Below the pieces are notes generated by a model. It made no database searches and was not told the origin of the DNA. It worked only from the letters and a program-made list of their open reading frames with translations. 64,000 bases of DNA, from assembly GCA_038727135.1 (NCBI GenBank), contig JAVYWL010000003.1, positions 64,001-128,000 of the forward strand, read 5' to 3'. Below, in pieces: positions 20,880 through 28,595 of the stretch (position 1 is its first letter; every line of letters starts with the position of its first letter). The translations under genes were made by a program, and so were the position numbers. The stretch comes from Candidatus Bathyarchaeia archaeon (lineage in GTDB: Archaea > Thermoproteota > Bathyarchaeia > Bathyarchaeales > Bathycorpusculaceae).

Positions 20880-21323
20880 TTCTCCTCCCAATAATAATGA
20901 GAACTTAAAAGAGAATATAAATTTTTCATGAAAATTTTCGTGTAAAAGGAAGGCGAGAATAGTTACCTTTAAGTTGCCAACTAGAAGAGGGGAGGGCTGA
21001 AGTTTAAGCCTTATCTTAAGGGTTTTCATGATCTTCAGCACGGAAAATTTAGCAACAATTGAAAGTGGTGTTTGACTGCCCCCAGTTATCATCGTGGAAA
21101 TGAAAATAGCTGAATCAAAAATATTAAAGAATGGCTTAAAAAGGCAAATATAAGCGAAAGACCACCACTTCAATTTTCATGAAGCTTTAGCACTCGAGCC
21201 GATTATTTCAAACATAATTTGCATGTGGTTTATAGTGAAATATCTTGGCGATTATCGTGGAAAAACCCTCATCCACGTTTTGGCTCAATTATAGTAAAAC
21301 AGGTAAGTTGAAGTTATATGTAG

Positions 21324-21551
21324 TTATATTGAGTAAAATGATGAAATTCTGCGCCTTATTCTTCTACGGCTAAGCCTGTAACTCGCAAATATTTTTAAGA
21401 GCTGACTATCGGGGATTCTTAAATGTCCTGAAGGCAGCTTTATACACGCTATTAAGCCCTTCTTAATCCATCTGTATATGGTTTGGTCTGTCACGCCAAG
21501 CATATTCGCAACTTGCCTAACCTTATAGTAGGAAGGGTAACGTCTATCCAT
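21324..21551 (-). CDS. Excisionase-like helix-turn-helix (HTH_17/MerR-type) protein
   Basis: YKVRQVANMLGVTDQTIYRWIKKGLI...KLPSGHLRIP. Confidence 0.85.
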   Translation of the reverse strand: MDRRYPSYYKVRQVANMLGVTDQTIYRWIKKGLIACIKLPSGHLRIPDSQLLKIFASYRLSRRRIRRRISSFYSI

Positions 21552-21680
21552 TCGCCATCCTTCCAAGTAATACAAGTTTAACCTTCATTTAAACTTTAAA
21601 CGCCTCCAAAACGCCTTTCAGCTTCGAATTTCAGCCTTTTCCGCGCGAAGTTTAATATTTTCATGCTTCTTTAACGTTAA

Positions 21681-21916
21681 TTGGATAAATATGCCTCCAG
21701 ACGAATACATGAGCATTTGGATATGCTGCTTTTCGGTAAACGCTACAGCTGGCTCCATAGGTGGATGGATGAGCCATGGCGAAGCATGGGCAAAAAGCAT
21801 AGGCAATTGCGACACGACCCATACAGAACGCCTATACAAGCCTTTGTCCTCTCCGGGGGAGATTGGAAAGCGTATGCATCAGCATTATACCATATCATGT
21901 TGGATAAACTTTTAAT
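21681..21916 (+). pseudogene. 5' part of a His-rich hypothetical gene split by the Cas1 element (3' part at 28525-28592)
   Basis: SRRIHEHLD...HRWMDEP...HRQLRHD...HIMLDKLL runs into the target-site duplication; the track's C-terminus is read-through into the terminal repeat. Confidence 0.75.
21903..21916. repeat. Target-site duplication, left copy
   Basis: GATAAACTTTTAAT, identical to 28524-28537 (13 bp if the element ends are taken as symmetric). Confidence 0.9.
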
Positions 21917-22032
21917 CTTTTTCTCTCTCTCTTTACCCTTATACCCCTACACACACCTATTAAATAAACAAAAAAATAAACAAACAATCCATCAATTAAT
22001 CAGTCAATCAGTTAATTAATCAAACAAAAACA
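21917..22032 (+). repeat. Left terminal inverted repeat (imperfect, ~116 bp)
   Basis: Begins CTTTTTCTCTCTCT and ends AATCAAACAAAAACA; both blocks match the reverse complement of 28416-28524. Confidence 0.85.
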
Positions 22033-22151
22033 TAAAGCCTCAATACAAGTTGGAAAGCAGAGGACGGAATCAAAAAGCGTATCGGTTGCCTTAAAAGGGA
22101 ATTCCAATAGGACAGTTGACTGGAAAAAGCGTGTTTAAAGCTCTCTAAGTT

Positions 22152-23702
22152 TTAAAATGGGGTGTTCAGCTGATCCGGCGACACATGGAGATCGAGAGTT
22201 GTAAAAGCGATAATTGGTTGCCTTAAAGCTTGCGTTTCATAAGTGTTGTATTTTTCAATGAATGAAGCTGTTATGGCGTCATACTCTTGTGCAATTAGTA
22301 TGGGTTCAACAGCCATGAATTTTTCTTCTGCATTGTTTACTTCTTTATAGAGATACTCCATGAACTTAGTAAGCTCTTTTGGTGTACATTTTTTGTGGAC
22401 TTTGTATATTAGAACTCGCCCTATTGGGCTCTTTGAGCTATCATGCTGGAAATATTTTTGCAAGATAATTACATCTTTTTCTTGTAATGAAATCTCTACG
22501 GTGATTTTTGGTTTGCTTACTCGCATTATTGTGTAATAGAAATTAGATGGATCAGACCAGACATTGGAGATGTCGGTCGCTATTTTTGGGTAAATCTTAA
22601 AGGCAATATATGTAGGTTTTGATAATGTCTGGAGTTCAAAGTCTGCATCAGTTCCATTAGAAGTAGGTGTATATTTAAGGAGACGCACTTCTTCCCATGG
22701 AATAATTGTGTTTCTAAGGAAGCAATAATCTACTAGGTCTGTTGCGAATTTTTGAGCAATAAGACATGCAGAGAAAATATGATGTGCATTGTCTGATTTG
22801 GTAGTTCTAATTCTAAGGATCTCTTGATAATGTAATAGTTGGATTAGGTCTTTGATTTCAGCTTTATCTTTCTTCGCCTCGATAATAGTTATTGTCTTCT
22901 TTGATTTTTGATAGCCTATACATAGTAAGTCAACAGGCTTTCTTGCTGTTGATCCGACAAAAGTTTGTATCAAAAAGTCATACTCGTTATTTTTACAAGC
23001 CGGAATAAATTGAATAAAATTAGGATCTGCTCGCCCTAATTTATATGCAACTACTGCTTTGACCGGGAACTCGATTTCACCTACCCGTTTTATGTAATTT
23101 TTGAGCGGGAAACCGCTAAGCTTTAGAGGTTTGAACTCAATGGTTTGTTTTGTATGCTGTGTCGAAAATTCTCTATAAAGTAGTTTTATTATTTCCTGTG
23201 CATCTTCCCGTGTGATTGTTTTTACGGCATGGGCAGCCCCACGTTCTTCTCTTTCTAATGTTAAAATTGAGCGTATTATGCCCGCCTCTACGGCTGCATA
23301 AAATTGACTAACAGTTATATTAGCGTCGTTTTTACATAAGTCCGAATGCTCAGGGTGAGGTTCAAAACAAAATCTGTAGGGGTAAACAAAGTTCTCCGAT
23401 TTCCATATTCTTTGGTCGTTGTAAAACGGCTCTTCACGGACTCTATAAACACCATGGATCGTGCTCTCCTGCTTTTCCCTAAGTACATGGAAAAACACAA
23501 CATCTCCCTTTCGCATGCCGATAAGATCCTCTATTATTGACTGCACAGTGTTTGATCCTGCATCGAAATATTGAATTTCCCCTTTCCTTTCACTACCCTC
23601 TCTATTTCCGTATACTCCTATGTAACGGCTAATTTCCCAGTCTCCTTCAGAGATCTGACAAAGGAAAGCACGATCGCTCAAATAATTCCCTCCATTATTC
23701 AA
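22152..23702 (-). CDS. Putative restriction endonuclease: EVE/PUA-like N-terminus + NucS-like PD-(D/E)xK domain
   Basis: GDVVFFHV...GVYRV..EPF....IW....YPYRF; VDLL...IIEAK...QLLHY; overlaps the MTase stop. Confidence 0.65.
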   Translation of the reverse strand: MNNGGNYLSDRAFLCQISEGDWEISRYIGVYGNREGSERKGEIQYFDAGSNTVQSIIEDLIGMRKGDVVFFHVLREKQESTIHGVYRVREEPFYNDQRIWKSENFVYPYRFCFEPHPEHSDLCKNDANITVSQFYAAVEAGIIRSILTLEREERGAAHAVKTITREDAQEIIKLLYREFSTQHTKQTIEFKPLKLSGFPLKNYIKRVGEIEFPVKAVVAYKLGRADPNFIQFIPACKNNEYDFLIQTFVGSTARKPVDLLCIGYQKSKKTITIIEAKKDKAEIKDLIQLLHYQEILRIRTTKSDNAHHIFSACLIAQKFATDLVDYCFLRNTIIPWEEVRLLKYTPTSNGTDADFELQTLSKPTYIAFKIYPKIATDISNVWSDPSNFYYTIMRVSKPKITVEISLQEKDVIILQKYFQHDSSKSPIGRVLIYKVHKKCTPKELTKFMEYLYKEVNNAEEKFMAVEPILIAQEYDAITASFIEKYNTYETQALRQPIIAFTTLDLHVSPDQLNTPF

Positions 23703-24513
23703 TTAGCTTCTTTTGCAGTATGTTAGCTTCTTCGATGAGTCTTCTTTTTGCAATTTCACAATAATTCCTGTCTATTTCTACTCCTATTCCTTTCCTTTTA
23801 AGAAGTGCACATGCTACTAAAGTGGTTCCACTACCGAGAAATGGATCAAGCACGGTATCCCCTACAAAGCTGAACAGTTTGATACATCTTTTTGGAAGTT
23901 CAAGAGGGAATGGTGAGGGATGATGCACTCTTTCAGGATTTTCACCTGAAAATGTCCATACGCCGTTAGTCCAATCAATAAACTCATCTTTTGTTATATC
24001 CGAGATTCCATTTTTCATTTTTTTCCACTGATGTTTGTAGAGCACTACTACGACCTCAACCGGTGCTATAACATATGGTGCTGAAGCGCTAAGCCATGAT
24101 CCCCATGCAGTTCTTCTAGATATGTTCTGTTCATTCCATATTATCGTTGAGAAATACTTCCATCCTAATTTTTTGGCAATGCTAACAATATCTAAGTAAA
24201 CACTTTGAAAACCTTCATCCCTTCTCCCTTTGCTTTTGTCGAGTGGTATGTTTAAACACATTCTGCCATCGGGTTTTATTAACTCTAAAGCTTTCTGAAG
24301 CCATTTTTCAGTGAATTCAAGGTACTTTTCATATGGAATATCATCTCTAAAAGATCCATAATGGATATCAACGTTATAAGGAGGAGACGTAACGATCAAA
24401 TCTATGGTATTTTTATGTATAAAATCCGTTGTCAGAAAATCGTCGTTTAAAATTATTATTTCATCATTTTTTCTGAAGAATACTTTTTCGTGCTGTACCC
24501 GAAGCTCTTCCAA
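23695..24513 (-). CDS. Site-specific DNA methyltransferase, beta class (N4-C/N6-A family)
   Basis: Motif IV TSPPY precedes HPSPFP and motif I DPFLGSGTT. Confidence 0.92.
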   Translation of the reverse strand: MEELRVQHEKVFFRKNDEIIILNDDFLTTDFIHKNTIDLIVTSPPYNVDIHYGSFRDDIPYEKYLEFTEKWLQKALELIKPDGRMCLNIPLDKSKGRRDEGFQSVYLDIVSIAKKLGWKYFSTIIWNEQNISRRTAWGSWLSASAPYVIAPVEVVVVLYKHQWKKMKNGISDITKDEFIDWTNGVWTFSGENPERVHHPSPFPLELPKRCIKLFSFVGDTVLDPFLGSGTTLVACALLKRKGIGVEIDRNYCEIAKRRLIEEANILQKKLIE

Positions 24514-24679
24514 TTATTTGTCTCCACACCACACTTTTTCAGTGAATCTATGTTTTTATCGTTAATAATCTTTCTGATACTCATCTAGGTCGCGCTTCCT
24601 TTTCCAGTCATACTTTGCAAGTCCAATGTTTAACTTCAATGAAACATGGTTTTGTTGCAAATATTAGAAGCATGGTCTT

Positions 24680-24895
24680 TTAGCCTTCATAACTTATCTC
24701 CTCATAGAACACATCAAACAACTCACAAGTAACCTTCATTATTTGCACAGCAATCCACATCTCAGCTTCAACGGACAAATTGCAGTGTTCAGCAATCTCC
24801 CTAGCAAGCTGTCGGCTCATGGCTTCAATATCATTCAGCGAAGGCTTCTCTGAACCTTTCATATGCAGTATCCACCACCCGCCTTTCCTCTTCAC
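24680..24895 (-). CDS. Small hypothetical protein (start probably later, near MSRQLA)
   Basis: Last ORF of an overlapping minus-strand series. Confidence 0.4.
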   Translation of the reverse strand: MKRKGGWWILHMKGSEKPSLNDIEAMSRQLAREIAEHCNLSVEAEMWIAVQIMKVTCELFDVFYEEISYEG

Positions 24896-25118
24896 TTAAA
24901 CTTTCATAGTCACGTTTAACTAGCCAACGCACATAATCAGCCTCTCTTAAGCCTCTATACCTAGCCATGACGTGAAAGAGAATACGATCTTCTAAACGAG
25001 TCCACCACATATTCCACCTAATGCCACGCCTCGTAACCTTCCACTTTCCAACACGTTTCACAGGCTTTTCCTTCGCTTTAGCTAAAAGCTGAAAAATGGT
25101 TTTCCAGTCAAGCGACAC
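24831..25118 (-). CDS. Hypothetical protein, possible ribbon-helix-helix domain
   Basis: Abuts the upstream stop; ARYRGLREADYVRWLVKR resembles RHH helices. Confidence 0.55.
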   Translation of the reverse strand: MSLDWKTIFQLLAKAKEKPVKRVGKWKVTRRGIRWNMWWTRLEDRILFHVMARYRGLREADYVRWLVKRDYESLSEEERRVVDTAYERFREAFAE

Positions 25119-25631
25119 CTACTTCACCATCCTTCCAAGGGCGACCCTCTTCTTAACGAAACGCTCATGTTCAACCTTCAACCTAACATAGGCTTCATGC
25201 CACTCCCGCTCCCAATATTCAACCCTACGCCTAGAAGCCTCAACACGCTTCAAAATCCACGCCTCAACCTCACGCCATTCCTCTTCAGACCATTCCTCTT
25301 CAAAAGCCTGAGCACGCACACGCTTGTAATAACGCTCCCATTCTTCTAATCTATCCTTGTTATAGGCTCTACGTTGAGCACAATAATACACACGCCTATA
25401 AAGCTGGTCGATAAGCTGTTTCTCCCTAATATACTCCTCTAGGGTGACAGGCACTTCTGGTATGCCTAGCCTTTCAGCCTCAACCTTCAAGGCTTGAATT
25501 TGTTTTTGAGAGCCAACCCACTTCCTTCCAGCCCAGTGGCTGAAAGCAGTCAATAACTGCTGGAAAGATGTAATCTTTGAAACATCAACTACCTGCTCAA
25601 ACCTCTGAAACGCCTCAGGAAACTTGTCCAC
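25119..25631 (-). CDS. Hypothetical protein with charged helical C-terminus
   Basis: Likely GTG start MDKFPEAFQRFE at 25631, overlapping the upstream stop. Confidence 0.65.
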   Translation of the reverse strand: MDKFPEAFQRFEQVVDVSKITSFQQLLTAFSHWAGRKWVGSQKQIQALKVEAERLGIPEVPVTLEEYIREKQLIDQLYRRVYYCAQRRAYNKDRLEEWERYYKRVRAQAFEEEWSEEEWREVEAWILKRVEASRRRVEYWEREWHEAYVRLKVEHERFVKKRVALGRMVK

Positions 25632-26136
25632 CCTTAACCACCACTCCACGCTTTTCCAAGCCAGTGTCATACAAAACAAGAACCACTTTGTCTGGGAATG
25701 TGGTTGGCTCGTAGCCCTCCAAGTAGCCTACCACTTGTTGAGGTGGTCTGCCAACTTTATTGCTTGTTCTTAAAGTGGCTTGTCCACGCCTAACAGTCCA
25801 CCAGAAAAAGTTCCAGTCTAAATGTTCAGTGTCAAGTAGAATTTTTAGGTATTCTTTGAATGGGCGTCTGCTGAAGCACCAAGCTCTATAACTGCCTTCG
25901 CAGTCGCTTGTTATGTAGATGTCGCCTAGCCTATACTTGTATTGCACGTCAGCAAGCGTTTGTTTAGCTTGTTCCAATGTGCAGTTTTCCAAATCCCATA
26001 AAATTATGTGTTCATCTTCACCAACTTTGCTTGTCACACCTTCTAGGGTTTGAGTTTTAGAAATCATGAAGAAGACTGTGACGGTGCCAAGCTTGAAAAG
26101 AAAATTCAGTCTAGTCGGCAGTTTCATTAAGGTCAC
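25615..26136 (-). CDS. Putative small AEP-superfamily primase-polymerase-like protein
   Basis: HIILWDLE (hhhDhE), YITSDCEGSYRAW (motif II-like, His replaced by Arg), TLRTSNK (motif III-like). Confidence 0.5.
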   Translation of the reverse strand: MTLMKLPTRLNFLFKLGTVTVFFMISKTQTLEGVTSKVGEDEHIILWDLENCTLEQAKQTLADVQYKYRLGDIYITSDCEGSYRAWCFSRRPFKEYLKILLDTEHLDWNFFWWTVRRGQATLRTSNKVGRPPQQVVGYLEGYEPTTFPDKVVLVLYDTGLEKRGVVVKGGQVS

Positions 26137-26438
26137 CTATTTTTACGCTTTAACAACTCCTTCGCAGTCCTAATGTAGTCGTCCACAGTCATGGGTCTAA
26201 ACAGAATACTTAATTGAAATCTAATGTCGTCTTCAGATATTCCATTTTCTAGCATTTCAGCAACTTTTCTGATGTTTGCTTCTCGCCTCACTGAGCCGTG
26301 TCCACGGTCAAACTGTGTTAAGAATGGCGGGTTGCTTTTTTCTGTGGTTGACGTAGCCTTATCCTTTTCTGCACATTCATCAGAGCAATAAGTCAACCTA
26401 TCGGGGATTTTCTTGCCACAAACTTTGCAGGTCTTCAT
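26133..26438 (-). CDS. Zn-finger + HTH-like protein
   Basis: CKVCGKKI......YCSDEC; 4-bp overlaps with both neighbours. Confidence 0.7.
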   Translation of the reverse strand: MKTCKVCGKKIPDRLTYCSDECAEKDKATSTTEKSNPPFLTQFDRGHGSVRREANIRKVAEMLENGISEDDIRFQLSILFRPMTVDDYIRTAKELLKRKNR

Positions 26439-26632
26439 TCGCTATATCCCCTCTTCTGCAAAACCCCTAGAGCCTTCTTAGTTTCTTTGTCAAAGTAGTT
26501 TAGGGATGCAAGTTCTTTTTTGATGGCTCTCCTCACGAAGTCGCTTACGTCTTCACCTCGTGCCTTGCAGACTTGTTGAAGTAACCGTTTTTCATTTTCA
26601 TTTAGTCTTACCCCAATGATTGCATTTAACAT
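26435..26632 (-). CDS. CopG/ribbon-helix-helix regulator
   Basis: IIGVRLNENEKRLL..VC..RGEDVSDFVRRAI. Confidence 0.8.
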   Translation of the reverse strand: MLNAIIGVRLNENEKRLLQQVCKARGEDVSDFVRRAIKKELASLNYFDKETKKALGVLQKRGYSE

Positions 26633-26674
26633 AGTTTATCACCGCACAACACTTTTATTTTGGAGTAGGTACCT

Positions 26675-27094
26675 ATGTTTCGGTCGGGAAATTTGGGGGT
26701 CAAGCGGGAAAAAGCCTATAAGTACCAGCTTGTCTTTAAGGGGGAACCCTTAGATTTGGAAGAGGTTAGAGCTAAACTTTCAAGTTTTGGTTATCATGTG
26801 GCAATTCATGAAAAACCCGCTGGGCAACATCATTTAGAGGCTTTTGTGGGGGACTGGTTTCTCCAATTTTATGGAACTGGCACGGTAAATGTTTTTGTCA
26901 AAGACAAGGACGACGTTTTTAAAGTCTCAAAATTTTTGGGTCAACTGGGCTGGTTCATGTTGGAAAAATTTAATCCTAGGCTTGCACTTTTGTGGGAGGT
27001 TTTTGGAAAATCGGAGGAAGGGAAAAGTGTTGAATGTTATCGTGAAGTCTTCAATGTCGTTAAGGCTTTTGAGCTTTTTTGGTTAAAATCATAA
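26675..27094 (+). CDS. Hypothetical protein
   Basis: 139-aa ORF divergent from the RHH gene, GGAGTAGG upstream. Confidence 0.5.
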   Translation: MFRSGNLGVKREKAYKYQLVFKGEPLDLEEVRAKLSSFGYHVAIHEKPAGQHHLEAFVGDWFLQFYGTGTVNVFVKDKDDVFKVSKFLGQLGWFMLEKFNPRLALLWEVFGKSEEGKSVECYREVFNVVKAFELFWLKS

Positions 27095-27176
27095 TTGATG
27101 TTTTTAGGGGTGTTTATGGTGAAAAATATCACATACTACGTTGATTTTATATATTTTGAGTATGTTAGTTTAAAGT

Positions 27177-27344
27177 ATGGGTGAAGAAGAAAATATTGCT
27201 TATATAAGTGTGCGGGGTTATCGGTGTCTGCGTTGCGGTCACACATGGGTTCCTAGGAAAAATTCTAAGAGCCCACCTAAAGTGTGTCCAAAATGCAAAA
27301 GTCCTTATTGGGATAAGCCTCGTAGGCGTAAGGTTAAAGAGTGA
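27177..27344 (+). CDS. Small Zn-ribbon protein (55 aa), absent from the ORF track
   Basis: MGEEENIAYISVRGYRCLRCGHTWVPRKNSKSPPKVCPKCKSPYWDKPRRRKVKE*; TTTTATATA box ~30 nt upstream. Confidence 0.8.
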   Translation: MGEEENIAYISVRGYRCLRCGHTWVPRKNSKSPPKVCPKCKSPYWDKPRRRKVKE

Positions 27345-28377
27345 CTATTCTGGGTTGCCATTGTTTTGTTTCGTTTCTTATGTGTTTTGCTAGGAGTAGG
27401 GCTTCTTCTGTGATTAGTGTGTCTAGGGTCTGCTGTTTTCCGTGTTTTATTCTTGGGATTTTGACTTTTTGGTTGAAGAGGTTGTTAAGTTCTTCTGCCA
27501 GCTTGTCTGCTTCGTATTCTAGTAGGTGTATGCGTTTTCCCATTCTTAAATGCACTATGAAGTCTGTGACTGCGACAAAATCGTTTTTGTGGAGTTTTGT
27601 TCTGCGTTCTATTATGAAGTTGTCTATTATGTGGCGGTATAATTCCATGAAGTCGCAGGCTAGGCTTGGTTTGCCGTGTTGCATGGCGTGTAAGAAGCCT
27701 AGGTATGGTTCAAGTTTTGCTTTTAATAGTGCCTTATATACTCTGCATTTTAGCACATAATAGCCAAAGTTGAAAACATTGTTAAGTCCATCATAGGCTT
27801 TAAAGCCCACTCGCTTTTCTGGTCTTATTTTTTCTGGGAAAAGGGTGAATATTTGTTTGAAGTAGTGTTGTGAGGCTTTTCCTTCTATTTGGTTTAGCTT
27901 ATACCTTATGTCTTGGGGTTTTTCTGCTTTTAGGCTGTCGATTTTGCTTTTTAAAGCGGTTAGGTTAAGCTGTTCTAGTCCGTATTTCCTTAAGACCATG
28001 TTTTGGGCTTCTATTTTGGTTTTTACTATTGTTTTTGCTATTTCTACGCCTTTCTGGTTTTTTGTGGCTTCGTATTGCATTATTCTGGTTTTTACGTGGC
28101 TGTCGTCTTCTAGGCTTTTTAAAATGGCTACTACTCTGTTTCGTCTGGTCATTATGTAAGTGTCAATGTTCCAAAGTGCCAAATCTATTAAGGCGTCAAC
28201 ACTTACATAACTGCCTGATTTTAGTATGCATTCGCCTATTTCCTTTTCAAAGTGTGGGTAACGCTCCACCCTCCCGTCTTTGAGGCGGAGTTCAAAACAT
28301 CCTTCCGCCCTGCCCAGATAACTGCCATACTTGTCTAGTTGCAGTTTTAGTGTTTTGACTGGTCGCATTTCAGCCAC
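27334..28377 (-). CDS. cas1: Stand-alone Cas1 integrase (putative casposase)
   Basis: GSYLG N-terminus, catalytic E (QIEGKAS..YF), NFGY, EPYLGFLH, SLACDFMELYR; no cas2 or array in the window. Confidence 0.93.
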   Translation of the reverse strand: MAEMRPVKTLKLQLDKYGSYLGRAEGCFELRLKDGRVERYPHFEKEIGECILKSGSYVSVDALIDLALWNIDTYIMTRRNRVVAILKSLEDDSHVKTRIMQYEATKNQKGVEIAKTIVKTKIEAQNMVLRKYGLEQLNLTALKSKIDSLKAEKPQDIRYKLNQIEGKASQHYFKQIFTLFPEKIRPEKRVGFKAYDGLNNVFNFGYYVLKCRVYKALLKAKLEPYLGFLHAMQHGKPSLACDFMELYRHIIDNFIIERRTKLHKNDFVAVTDFIVHLRMGKRIHLLEYEADKLAEELNNLFNQKVKIPRIKHGKQQTLDTLITEEALLLAKHIRNETKQWQPRIVTL

Positions 28378-28415
28378 CTATTTACCTAGAAGTATATTAC
28401 TTTTGGGTATATATT

Positions 28416-28524
28416 TGTTTTTGTTTGATTGTTTGTTTGATTGTTTGAGGGTTTGTTTGATTGATTGATGCATCTCTTTGTATTGGGTGGTGGGTGTGGG
28501 TGGATTGGGTAGAGAGAGAAAAAG
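28416..28524 (-). repeat. Right terminal inverted repeat (~109 bp)
   Basis: TGTTTTTGTTTGATT...AGAGAGAGAAAAAG with internal TTTG/ATTG tetramer runs. Confidence 0.85.
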
Positions 28525-28537
28525 ATAAACTTTTAAT
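28524..28537. repeat. Target-site duplication, right copy
   Basis: GATAAACTTTTAAT. Confidence 0.9.
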
Positions 28538-28592
28538 AAATGCTGCCTCGGTCGAATTATTATACTTCATAATTAAGACATTGAAATCCTAA
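28525..28592 (+). pseudogene. 3' part of the gene interrupted by the Cas1 element
   Basis: In-frame continuation DKLLINAASVELLYFIIKTLKS*, stopping 3 nt before the convergent ORF end at 28596. Confidence 0.7.
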
Positions 28593-28595
28593 TTT

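Larger units (their letters stand above)
21917..28524. mobile_element. Cas1-encoding, PolB-less casposon-like transposon (6608 bp)
   Basis: TSD + terminal inverted repeats + solo cas1 next to the right end + interrupted target ORF. Confidence 0.85.

Noticed and set aside
20880-21173. 98-aa N-terminal extension of the substrate-binding protein
   Set aside because: Signal peptide and RBS point to ATG 20879.
21917-22019. C-terminus of track ORF 21681-22019 as real protein
   Set aside because: It is read-through into the left terminal repeat; the native end is at 28538-28592.
27208-27393. 61-aa track ORF
   Set aside because: Wrong frame; the overlapping 27177-27344 frame has a clear Zn ribbon and a promoter.
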